From Treponemataceae bacterium (GTDB lineage Bacteria > Spirochaetota > Spirochaetia > Treponematales > Rectinemataceae), in the NCBI GenBank assembly GCA_963667725.2, contig CAXXHO010000003.1, forward strand, positions 1,632,001-1,696,000: 64,000 nucleotides of DNA. The letters are read 5' to 3'. Position numbers and translations under genes: made by a program. Of this stretch, positions 8,374 through 17,659 are shown piece by piece. Below the pieces are notes generated by a model that saw only the letters and a list, made by a program, of their open reading frames with translations, did no database searches and had not been told where the DNA came from. How positions within the stretch are numbered: position 1 is the first letter of the stretch; each line of letters opens with the position of its first letter.

Positions 8374-8835
8374 CTATTTAGGAAATACTAAATCTACTGT
8401 TTTAAAAGACTCTGGTAATTTTAAATCTTTTACTAATCCATCATATATAATCATTACAATATCATTGTATTTATAATATTCTTCTTTTTGTATTTGTATT
8501 CGTTTTATCCATTTATCTTTTACATATTTATTTTTGATGCTTTTATCATACTCATCTACATCATGAGTTTCTAGCAAGATACCATTTTTTCTCATTAATC
8601 CAATTCTTCCAATAATTTCTTCATTCTTATTGCTACATTCAATTACTATTATTGAGTGATCACCATTTTTGCTTCCAGTAAATTCAATTATTCCTTTTTC
8701 ATAAGGGATAATGAATTTTTTCTTATTATCAAAAAGCAAATCATATTTACTACAACTTCCTAGAGATACACATAACAACACAACTTGAAGGAAAAGAATT
8801 AGAAAACGCTTCTTATTTCTAATATTTTTACTCAT
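8374..8835 (-). CDS. Putative lipoprotein, first cassette of array A
   Basis: Basic N-terminus, hydrophobic stretch, LGSC lipobox. Confidence 0.65.
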   Translation of the reverse strand: MSKNIRNKKRFLILFLQVVLLCVSLGSCSKYDLLFDNKKKFIIPYEKGIIEFTGSKNGDHSIIVIECSNKNEEIIGRIGLMRKNGILLETHDVDEYDKSIKNKYVKDKWIKRIQIQKEEYYKYNDIVMIIYDGLVKDLKLPESFKTVDLVFPK

Positions 8836-9041
8836 AGAGTTTGCCTACTTTATCTGAATAAAATATTCTCTATATAGATTTGCTTACTTCTATGGAAACA
8901 AATATTACTTCTTTTAACCGAACTCTTGTTAACCTAACACTAACAATAAAATGATCAGAAAATTGCTTTTATTACCTAATTCACTAATTTTGCAGTGCCA
9001 CCGAAATTATGCAATGTTTTATTTCTGCCCGCGCAGCGTGA

Positions 9042-9565
9042 ATCTAACAATAATTGGATTGTTCCAGATAAATTTGAAATACCAAGAATTACCTTTCTTT
9101 GTAATGGGATAGATAAGTTCTATCCTAAAAAATAGAATATTTTTTGGAAAAGAAATACAAATTTCCTGTTATACGAATATATCTTTTATACTGTTAGGCA
9201 TAAATTCTAAATGATAATAGTATATTTATAGTGGTAGTATCATTTTCTCAGGAAAGGCAACTATGCTTCTCATCTCTCTTCTAATGACTATACTAGGTAA
9301 TGTTCTTTCCTAGCAGCCCTTCCCGGCTGTTACTGAAAGACGCTTGATAACAACACATGAGCGTGTTCTTCGCCGAAACAGAATGAATACGCTCGGGGAA
9401 CTTTCCTAAACTTTAATATTTTATGTTTCTTTGTTATCATAAAGAGTCTATCTGGAAAGTCAATCTGAAAACGATATTCTCTATTGGTTAATGTAGAGTA
9501 ATCAACTCTTTTTACATCATTAATTATTACTATATCAGTAATCATTAAGCAGGCAAAACCTCATA
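9042..9565 (-). promoter_or_regulatory. attI-like site and leader of array A
   Basis: GTTAGAT core without an upstream attC palindrome; ~520 bp homologous to 22058-22576. Confidence 0.6.
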
Positions 9566-9770
9566 AAAGGAAAGGAGCATCATGTTCAGAGACTCTCTAC
9601 ATCATAGATTGAGTACACTTTTCTACATCCAGCCTAACCTGCAATCAGGAGAGATTGGCGGATTTGAGCACACTTCATCTACTCGATCGTCATAAATAGC
9701 ATCTTAGCGAGCTTCTCTAATATACCATCCTCTTCTTCTGTAACGACTTATCAGGTAAATCAAGAACAAA

Positions 9771-9897
9771 AGTATTGAGGTACCCTTCGAAAGCAAATAT
9801 AAATCCTAAGTAAATCAAACAAAAAACGTTAGATACTATCAAATTTTAAGCTGAATTAGGGCAAAACAATGCGATTTTTACTACAGGCACCTCGTAG
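9771..9897 (+). pseudogene. Decayed copy of the 3' end of the replication gene
   Basis: Colinear matches to 3011-3140 (CCTTCGA, ACTATC..ATTTT, GGGCAAAAC.A.GCG). Confidence 0.55.
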
Positions 9898-9921
9898 TAA
9901 GGCACTGTGTAAGGAGAATCA

Positions 9922-10140
9922 ATGACCCCGGGAAACGAGGATATTAAGGAGCTGAGGGAGGCGTTGGTCAATGTCAAATTTGGGGAGGTGGAGGTACGGG
10001 TTCATGAAGGATCTAATTTTTCAATGACGATCACTACCTTAAAGAATAAGCTTGCGGCTAACAAAGAGAGGGTTGTCATACATTCCCGCCTACGGAGTAG
10101 CGACAAAGGAGAAGTGAGACATAAGCAATGCGATTCTTAA
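9922..10140 (+). CDS. Small phage protein, paralog of 3164-3355
   Basis: EDIKELREALVNVKFGEVEVRVHE vs EDIEELRKALANVEFGKVEMQIHE; AAGGAG RBS. Confidence 0.65.
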   Translation: MTPGNEDIKELREALVNVKFGEVEVRVHEGSNFSMTITTLKNKLAANKERVVIHSRLRSSDKGEVRHKQCDS

Positions 10141-10735
10141 GCTCACAAGTTATATCCTTAACACCGAGGGAGGGGGGGGCAAATCTCTAGGGCATTTAGG
10201 TGTAAACCGCAGCGTTTCGGCTCACTCCCACTCTACGGATTCAGGGGGTAAGGGGGTCACGAAAAAATATTCTAAATAATCTTCAATTTTTTAATAAACC
10301 AGATCATAGTCCAAGCATTGTTAAAAGGGAGATAAAGGCTCTAGGAACAGTTGTATAATCAGGAATGACATTAATACTAGGATGTGTTATATAATGTGCT
10401 CCAGAATGTACAAAACTTGATTCACCTTTCAAATGTAGCTCGATTAATCACAAAGTAAAAGCTAATCTTTCTCCTATTACCTGCTTTTTCTAACCGTTAC
10501 CATTCATGGAAACTAGGGACCGATGAAATTACTAATAACCTTATTCGCTAATACTCATCAAAAGGATCCGACATGAAACATGTTTCACTAATCGCTGTAA
10601 CCGTATTGCCTACAAACTCAATATGAAACATCGTAAGAAGTTTGGTTATAAAAACCATTTCGGGTTATTCTACAACGTCGCCTCTCCGTTGCCCCTCGAC
10701 CTTGAATTCAGGTTAATCTCATGGATACTCAGTTC

Positions 10736-11509
10736 TTATGCTTTCTTGCCAATATAAAAAACATACCCATAGTACTGTTTGTATTTTGAATATAGCTCAG
10801 CTTCATACTTCATGTTTTCAACAAAATCTTTAGCAGCACTATTCCCTGCATGTTCACTTAAAAATGTTTTTTGTATTGCTTGTTGCGGTTTGAAATAAGT
10901 ATCAATCCAGCATGTTTCTGGTAACGTAAACGCAGCAACAAGCCTATACCCTGTGTTTTGCATTACAGAAATATTATACCCAATTGTATCCATTTCAGGG
11001 ACAGCATCAACCCAGAACTTTTCAATTTCAGTAGGTCGTTCATCGGTAAACCATGACTCATATGTTATAGCAATATAGCCATCTTTCTTTAGAAATTCTT
11101 TCCAATAGTTCAATCCCTTTCTAAATCCAATATTGGCAATGGCCCCTTCAGACCATATAACATCAAATTTTTCATTTCGAAACGGTAAATTATCCATTGA
11201 ACCAACGATACCTTTTACCCTATTCTGCAAACCGAGTCTTTTAGCGTTTGCATTAAATTTACCTACAAAATCGGGGAAAATATCAAGCCCAGTAATAGTA
11301 CCTTTTGTATGTTGTGCAAGAGTCATCGTTTGACCGCCTGTTCCACAGGCAAGATCCGCAATTTTTATTTCACTTGAAAAATTATCAATAAATCTTAATG
11401 CCCTAATAGTAGATTCTGAACTACCAGGTCCCTGCCGTTCCAACCTTCCAAAATAGTCACAGATCAATTCTAAATCAAAATCATGAATTGACATTTCTTT
11501 ATTTTCCAT
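10736..11509 (-). CDS. Class I SAM-dependent methyltransferase, terminal cassette
   Basis: [18 protein letters not shown] and FDVIWSEGA motifs. Confidence 0.9.
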   Translation of the reverse strand: MENKEMSIHDFDLELICDYFGRLERQGPGSSESTIRALRFIDNFSSEIKIADLACGTGGQTMTLAQHTKGTITGLDIFPDFVGKFNANAKRLGLQNRVKGIVGSMDNLPFRNEKFDVIWSEGAIANIGFRKGLNYWKEFLKKDGYIAITYESWFTDERPTEIEKFWVDAVPEMDTIGYNISVMQNTGYRLVAAFTLPETCWIDTYFKPQQAIQKTFLSEHAGNSAAKDFVENMKYEAELYSKYKQYYGYVFYIGKKA

Positions 11510-11629
11510 AGGTAAAATCCTTTATCAAGAGAATACTACTATACGGCTAAATCTTTTTTAAAGAGCAGTGAAAATGATATTACCTTTAACCCTTACTATT
11601 ATCCTTTTTTCTTCTTGCGCGAAGCGTCA

Positions 11630-11788
11630 ATTTAGCATTCGTTTAGCCTACGAGCGAATTCCCGAGCCACGCGAGGGATTGGTGTCATTCTTGCTCGCTT
11701 CTTACTAATTATGGCTTTCTTCTCTTCTTCCTTTCAACCTCACCAGAATAATGACAACGTGCGAGTCAGGTTGAAACGGTTATTAGGC
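11630..11788 (-). repeat. attC site, degenerate cores
   Basis: GCCTAAT...GCTAAAT with internal arms intact. Confidence 0.75.
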
Positions 11789-11793
11789 GATAA

Positions 11794-12546
11794 CTATTTT
11801 TTTACTCCAACGACCTTTGTCCATGTAAAGTTTCCACCATCAAGCTCAAGCATTTCTACGTCACCAGTCCTTTTTAGTATCCCGGCTTCTTTCAGTGTTT
11901 TATCCCAATGTAGCCATATATTATACCCATTAGGCATATTCTCTGCTTTTAGTACATCAACACATTCTGACCTGGCCCATAACCTTGACCACCATTCCGG
12001 TGTATGGTGTGTATAATTGTATGGTTCCCAATATTCCCCTATTCTTTCAATATCTTCTTGCGTCCATTCATGGTTTACACCAGGTACAACAATGCCTATC
12101 TCACCCTTTGGTTTGAGGTATTTCGTTATGTATGACACATACATCTCATCTGTACCAAAATAGTGATATGCATCTAGGCTTACTACTGCATCAAAAAAAC
12201 CATACGCAAATGGCAGGGAATGTGCTTCTATGTTAATGGGATATACCAAATCTTCAACTTCTTTATCCTTTATTCGTACAAAGTTATCTACTGCCTTTAT
12301 CCAAAGATCAGCAGCCCAAACCTGGGCCTTATATTCTTTGGCTATAAATATTGAACTTAATGCTTTCCCGCATCCAAGATCTAATACACGCATCCCCGCA
12401 TGCAATCCCATTGTTTCACATAGATACTCTACAAGCCATGTTGAGCTTGGTCCCATCTCGTTTTCATTCAACCATTCTATGTCATATTTTGCTGATAACG
12501 GGAATTGTGGTGACTTCATCTTTTCTTGAAGCATTAGCTTGTCCAT
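11794..12546 (-). CDS. SAM-dependent methyltransferase, cassette
   Basis: MGPS, VLDLGCGKALSSIF and LPFAYGFFDAVVS motifs. Confidence 0.9.
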   Translation of the reverse strand: MDKLMLQEKMKSPQFPLSAKYDIEWLNENEMGPSSTWLVEYLCETMGLHAGMRVLDLGCGKALSSIFIAKEYKAQVWAADLWIKAVDNFVRIKDKEVEDLVYPINIEAHSLPFAYGFFDAVVSLDAYHYFGTDEMYVSYITKYLKPKGEIGIVVPGVNHEWTQEDIERIGEYWEPYNYTHHTPEWWSRLWARSECVDVLKAENMPNGYNIWLHWDKTLKEAGILKRTGDVEMLELDGGNFTWTKVVGVKK

Positions 12547-12650
12547 GATTAATCCAATCCTCACAACATCATTAGTTACAATACCATTACTATTTTACTT
12601 GCGCGAAGTACAAGTCCGCCTAACATTGGCTATAACAATCTTTTTGCTTT

Positions 12651-12983
12651 TCATCTTGTTTTCGCTATCTGAAGCAGTTCTATTGGCATTCCTTCCTCTT
12701 CAATAAATGCAACAAGATTCCCTTCTGACGGGCTATTAGGCAGAATTATTACCTTTTTATCTTTGATGTATTCATACAGATCTTCTACTTCAAAGGCAAG
12801 GTGTGGTCTTGTTTTTACGAGTTCTGGAAGAAGACAATCCTCTTCATACCGCATATACTCAATTCCATATATGCTATTCTCAAATCCATAATGATAGCAT
12901 TTATATTCTTTGAGATATACTTCCCCAATTATTCGTTCTTTTACTGGTACACCAAGATGATGATATTTCAGTCGATTATCCAT
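12651..12983 (-). CDS. VOC/glyoxalase-like protein, cassette
   Basis: YHHLGVP, PHLAFEVEDL and PIELLQ motifs. Confidence 0.75.
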   Translation of the reverse strand: MDNRLKYHHLGVPVKERIIGEVYLKEYKCYHYGFENSIYGIEYMRYEEDCLLPELVKTRPHLAFEVEDLYEYIKDKKVIILPNSPSEGNLVAFIEEEGMPIELLQIAKTR

Positions 12984-13030
12984 AGTATTTTTGCCTTTAT
13001 CCTGAATTGTGATGCACGCAAAGCGTGTCC

Positions 13031-13155
13031 GACTAACATTTGCTTACCCCTTAACGGCCGCTCCTGAGCAAAGCGAAGGATTGGCGTGGTTTGTGCATTG
13101 TTGTTCTTGCACAAACCATGACAAAAGACTTTTAAGGTTGAAACATGTGTTAGCC
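13031..13155 (-). repeat. attC site
   Basis: GGCTAAC...GTTAGTC. Confidence 0.85.
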
Positions 13156-13166
13156 GATTCTTTTCT

Positions 13167-14156
13167 CTATAGTGTTCCCGATTCTACCAATTCCAAGAAA
13201 ATTTTCCCAAGCTTTGGGTCAAACTGAGTTCCTAAATTGGCATATATTATATCTATTGCTTCTTTTACATTAAGTGCTTTTCTATATGATCTAGTAGAAG
13301 TAATTGCATCATAGGTATCAGCAAGAGCTAAAATCCTACTTCCGATATTTATTTCATCTCCTCTTTGTCTATCAGGATATCCATTTCCGTCATATCTTTC
13401 ATGATGATGTTTGGCAATATCAATTACTTCCTTAAGATTCAAAAAGGGTGATAGTATTTGCGCTGTTATTGTTGGATGCTTCTGCATCTCAATCATTTCT
13501 GCTTCTGTGAGTTTTCCCGACTTATTTAGAATTGTTTCGCTTACACCGATTTTCCCAATATCATGAAGCTTTGCAGCAAGTTCAATATCCGCATAGAGTT
13601 GTGATTGACCATATACTTCTTGCACATATTTTGTTGATATTTTTGTTACTCTCTCCGAGTGACCTTTTGTATATATATATTTAGCTTCTAGAGTATAGAC
13701 TAAAGAATTTAGGGACTCAATAAAAAGACTATTTAATCGATCAGTTAATCCTGTTATTTCTAGTTTGAGCTTTTGATTATACTTAAGGTTTTCTTCCTCT
13801 ACTCTATGTTTTTCAGTTATATCTCTTGATAATACTATTGAGCCTACTTTTAAATCTTTATCATTAGAAATGATTTGATAAATATTTTCATAAACTTTAC
13901 CGTTAGCATTATCGATAACCATTCTCTTGAATGATTTTTCTTTTTCTTGCAAATAAACAACAGCACGCCGAACCTTTTCATGTGATTCTGGTTTATGACA
14001 GCTAATAATATTTTGTCCAATTTTTTCTTCTCGTTTGATATGTCTTATCTTTTCAGCAGCACTATTCACAAAAATGATTTCATCATTTTCATCAGCTACT
14101 ACCAGCCCATCTGGAAGATTTTCAAGGATAGTTTTGTAAATCATTTGATCTGACAT
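13167..14156 (-). CDS. PAS + HD-GYP phosphodiesterase, cassette
   Basis: N-terminal PAS; LHDIGKIG and HHERYDGNGYP motifs. Confidence 0.9.
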   Translation of the reverse strand: MSDQMIYKTILENLPDGLVVADENDEIIFVNSAAEKIRHIKREEKIGQNIISCHKPESHEKVRRAVVYLQEKEKSFKRMVIDNANGKVYENIYQIISNDKDLKVGSIVLSRDITEKHRVEEENLKYNQKLKLEITGLTDRLNSLFIESLNSLVYTLEAKYIYTKGHSERVTKISTKYVQEVYGQSQLYADIELAAKLHDIGKIGVSETILNKSGKLTEAEMIEMQKHPTITAQILSPFLNLKEVIDIAKHHHERYDGNGYPDRQRGDEINIGSRILALADTYDAITSTRSYRKALNVKEAIDIIYANLGTQFDPKLGKIFLELVESGTL

Positions 14157-14191
14157 AACTGTTTTTCTCCTTAATTCTGCCTAGAGGGTCT

Positions 14192-14309
14192 GGTTAACAT
14201 CGACTTTAAGCTTGGAGCTTCGATCGCGAAGCGGTTGGCGCACTTTTTGTGTGAACTTCTCGCAAAATGTGTGACAAAGAAGCGACTCATCTTGAAGCAG
14301 TTGTTAGAA
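14192..14309 (-). repeat. attC site
   Basis: TTCTAAC...GTTAACC. Confidence 0.85.
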
Positions 14310-14840
14310 TTCCTCTTTTACTTTTGATTCAAATACTATCGGCAAATAAGCTTCAAATATTGTAACAAATTCCTTTGTCTTCATCATCTTGTGTATTTCT
14401 TCTTTACTTACTATCCTCGCTTCTTCTACTTCTGTTTCTTGACATACTATATCTTCAATCTTAACCTTTTGTTCGAATAGCCATACATCAACAAAGTTAG
14501 GGCTAAATGTATTAGTCCCATCGTACTGATGTATGATTCTTCCATTTTTTGGATCCAGATCTATTCCTAATTCTTCTTTTGTTTCCTTCAATGCTGTGGT
14601 AAGGCTATCGTGGCCTGCTATAGCTGATCCGCCAGTACATTCCCATAAGCCAGGGAATATTGGCCTATTATTCTTTCTCTTTGATATAATATATCGATTC
14701 TTTGATGTTCTTACCCAAACGTGTACAACTAAATGGAAATCACCGTCTGCAAGTTTTTTCCCTCGTTGTATTGTTCTTCCAGTTTTATTCCGATTTGAAT
14801 CAAGAATATCCCAATACTCATTTTCCATATATTGTTCCAT
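14304..14840 (-). CDS. NUDIX hydrolase, cassette
   Basis: GGSAIAGHDSLTTALKETKEELG Nudix box; stop codon in R''. Confidence 0.9.
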   Translation of the reverse strand: MEQYMENEYWDILDSNRNKTGRTIQRGKKLADGDFHLVVHVWVRTSKNRYIISKRKNNRPIFPGLWECTGGSAIAGHDSLTTALKETKEELGIDLDPKNGRIIHQYDGTNTFSPNFVDVWLFEQKVKIEDIVCQETEVEEARIVSKEEIHKMMKTKEFVTIFEAYLPIVFESKVKEEF

Positions 14841-14865
14841 GTTTTCATGTGATCTTAATAGGTAA

Positions 14866-15020
14866 TTCTTGCATTCGCTTAACCTGTTAGCGCATACCCA
14901 AGCGAAGCGAGGGTTTGGCAACATTATTGCGGCTATCTTAAGTGCAGCTTTCTTTATTCTATACGTGCATCACGCAAGAATGATACCAAAGCGTGAGTTA
15001 GGCTTAAGCATGTGTTAAGT
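14866..15020 (-). repeat. attC site with mutated R'
   Basis: ACTTAAC...GCAAGAA (GTTAGAA expected from the next cassette's R''). Confidence 0.7.
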
Positions 15021-15032
15021 CGTTTTTCTTTA

Positions 15033-15614
15033 TCATATTTCATATTTCTTTAATTCTTCATTACCATATAATTCGAAATACTCTTGTGAAATTATATCCA
15101 TCAATATTTCATCATAGTATTTGTTCCCAATAATTCGTCTATGCCTATGTCTCCCAATAATTTTGAATCCTACTTTTTCATATAAATGTATCGCTGGTTT
15201 ATTGAATTCCCATGTCCCAAGCTGAACACTCTCTAGATTTATATCGATAAATGCATGTTTCAACATTAATTGTATTGATTCTATTCCAAAACCTTTTCTT
15301 CTGTTTTCTTCTCCATAAATCATAATACTCAACGTTCCAGATCTATTATATATATCAATTGAATTGATACTTATATCTCCAATTATTATATTAGTATCTT
15401 CTCGAAATATTACGTAGGTTTGATCTTTTTGATATCCTTCTAGTTTATCTTTCATTTGTTTTTCATATACAGCACTGCCGCAATTCCGACCATATACTTT
15501 TATATGGTCATCATTCATATAATTTGCAAGAATTGGAATATCATTTTCTTGAAGTGGATTAAGATAAACCTTTTTACCAACCATAGACATAAACTTTGTC
15601 ATAAGTAACTCCAT
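15033..15614 (-). CDS. GNAT (RimJ/RimL-like) acetyltransferase, cassette
   Basis: RRKGFG and N.PAIHLYEKVGF motifs. Confidence 0.9.
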   Translation of the reverse strand: MELLMTKFMSMVGKKVYLNPLQENDIPILANYMNDDHIKVYGRNCGSAVYEKQMKDKLEGYQKDQTYVIFREDTNIIIGDISINSIDIYNRSGTLSIMIYGEENRRKGFGIESIQLMLKHAFIDINLESVQLGTWEFNKPAIHLYEKVGFKIIGRHRHRRIIGNKYYDEILMDIISQEYFELYGNEELKKYEI

Positions 15615-15646
15615 TTAGCATTTTCAGTCTTCATTTTCGTAAATCG

Positions 15647-15761
15647 ACCTAATATTCGTTTAGCCTTTAAATCCGTGCCCGAAGGGCTTGGCACGTTTTG
15701 TGCGTTGTTGTTCTACACAAAACATGCCAAAGGATTTATAAGGTTGAAACGGTTGTTATGC
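15647..15761 (-). repeat. attC site (R' G>A)
   Basis: GCATAAC...ATTAGGT. Confidence 0.8.
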
Positions 15762-16766
15762 GCTTTTTCTTAAGTTACTATAATAATCTATAAGCCCAAT
15801 CCTAAACGCTATATCATTAACCTTTCTCTCTTCTTTTCTCCAATCATTTTCAAGCGATATTCCTGAATATGCACCCCATTTCGTAAACGAATATGGTCTC
15901 TTAATATTTTTGATACTTTCTATCATGTTCTCAACATTATTTAGATTTCTGTTCACTTTTTTAAGGGTATTGATGTCTCTAAGTAATCCCATTCTTGCTA
16001 AGTATTCGTTTCTTATTAACCATTCTGCTTTTTTATCATCATTACATTCAATAAAATCGGTATCTATTTCATGCATTAAGTAACTACCTGGAGCTATCAA
16101 TTGCCCTTTATAAGGAATATAGACATTAGGAATGGGCTGCAATCTACAAAGTCTTTCAAATGCTTTTACCATCATTTCAATAGTATGGACACTTTTCCAA
16201 GATTTTGAAAATGCCAATACTCTAAAATTATAATAATCAGGGAATAGCTTCCCTTCTTTATAAACCCATGTGTCGCTCTTCTTTACTGCAAAGTCATCTA
16301 TCGAACTATAATCAAGTACTGCTTTAAAGCACTTTAATGAATGCTCAATACGTTCAATAACATCAGGATGCGAATCGAACCCTGAACTCGCTAAGAGTGA
16401 TGCCTTTATCGTTACCGATGCACTATACCCCTTATCTTCAACGTACTTACCTACTTTCGTGATTCCTCTTGTAAACAGTGCGCCGTTATTATCTGTTTGA
16501 CGAACTAATTCAAGGATTCTTTTATAATGCGGCTCATCTTTATCAATTCCATACTCAGAAAGGATTTTTGCTAAACTTTCTATACTATTATACCCATGAA
16601 ACAGCACCTTCTCGAAGCTCATAGTATCTATAATATTGAAAACATCTTTTATGATTTTCATATCAGCAATTTGATTGTTGATATCAGATGAGCAACTTTT
16701 AAGTAGTCCTAAAGCAAACAATCGTTTACGCATTGCTGGAGAAGGATTTCTTATGTAGCGAAACAC
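15756..16766 (-). CDS. Hypothetical protein, cassette
   Basis: GTG at 16766 after AGGAGA; stop codon in R''. Confidence 0.75.
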   Translation of the reverse strand: MFRYIRNPSPAMRKRLFALGLLKSCSSDINNQIADMKIIKDVFNIIDTMSFEKVLFHGYNSIESLAKILSEYGIDKDEPHYKRILELVRQTDNNGALFTRGITKVGKYVEDKGYSASVTIKASLLASSGFDSHPDVIERIEHSLKCFKAVLDYSSIDDFAVKKSDTWVYKEGKLFPDYYNFRVLAFSKSWKSVHTIEMMVKAFERLCRLQPIPNVYIPYKGQLIAPGSYLMHEIDTDFIECNDDKKAEWLIRNEYLARMGLLRDINTLKKVNRNLNNVENMIESIKNIKRPYSFTKWGAYSGISLENDWRKEERKVNDIAFRIGLIDYYSNLRKSA

Positions 16767-16799
16767 TATTTCTCCTGATTGCGCGCGCGTAGCGCGTCC

Positions 16800-16931
16800 G
16801 CATAACATTGGCTTGACCCTTAACGCGTCCATTGGTGTGATTCTTGCCACACTTTACGTTACAGCTCCTGCTTTACGTCGATTCGCAAAAACCATGACAA
16901 TAGCGTTATAGGGTCGAAGCGGGTGTTAGGT
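16800..16931 (-). repeat. attC site
   Basis: ACCTAAC...GTTATGC. Confidence 0.9.
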
Positions 16932-16939
16932 GCTATTTT

Positions 16940-17632
16940 TTACTTTAGTAGCACTTCTAGCTCGTCCCAAGAATGTATAATATTTTCTTTAATATCTTCA
17001 GATCTATTTGTATTACCAGTATATAAAAACGGAATCATCCCAACATTTTTACTCGCTATATAGTCGTTTTCCCTGTTATCCCCAATAAACCAGATATCAT
17101 TACTTTTTAAGCTAAGCTTCCCTCTTGCTAACTCAAATATGAAGGGATGTGGCTTTCTTATTCCATAATCTGCACTAGAAATTACAAATTCAAAATACTT
17201 GTTTATCCCATGACTTTCCAATTCATACTCAAGAGTATTTCCACAAAAAGTATTATTGCTTATAATACCTATTCGAATATTTTTTGATTTTATTATATTT
17301 AAAGTATTATTAATTCCAGGTGCTAAATATTCTTCTACAACTTTTTTAAAGTATTCTATTTCAATAGAATTATTTGTTTCAACTTTCATCTGAAGACTTT
17401 CAAATATAAGCTTTATAGCTGATACCCAAGAATGCTCAATTAGAGATGACATTCTTTTAGGTCGTATATCACTATATATTTTTTCTTTATGCTCGTTAAA
17501 TTCCTTGAATGATACCTTTTTGGGGTTGCTTGCATTGTTAAAAAGCCATAAGTTTCCTTTATCCCAGTCAAGCTTCGTCTCATGGAATATTGTATCTGCA
17601 AAATCAAATAATATTGCCTTTGGTTTTTTCAT
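16940..17632 (-). CDS. HAD-family hydrolase, cassette
   Basis: FDFADT, ISN, RKPHP and IGDNRENDY motifs. Confidence 0.9.
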   Translation of the reverse strand: MKKPKAILFDFADTIFHETKLDWDKGNLWLFNNASNPKKVSFKEFNEHKEKIYSDIRPKRMSSLIEHSWVSAIKLIFESLQMKVETNNSIEIEYFKKVVEEYLAPGINNTLNIIKSKNIRIGIISNNTFCGNTLEYELESHGINKYFEFVISSADYGIRKPHPFIFELARGKLSLKSNDIWFIGDNRENDYIASKNVGMIPFLYTGNTNRSEDIKENIIHSWDELEVLLK

Positions 17633-17659
17633 TTTTCCTCTGCGTGAAGCGTCCACCTA

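Larger units (their letters stand above)
3339..9048 (-). mobile_element. Integron cassette array A (no intI nearby)
   Basis: Co-oriented AT-rich single genes separated by attC sites; headed by GTTAGAT at 9048-9042. Confidence 0.85.

Noticed and set aside
9330..9545. 71-aa ORF as an integrase remnant
   Set aside because: No tyrosine-recombinase motifs (HxxRH, LGH, catalytic Tyr) are visible.
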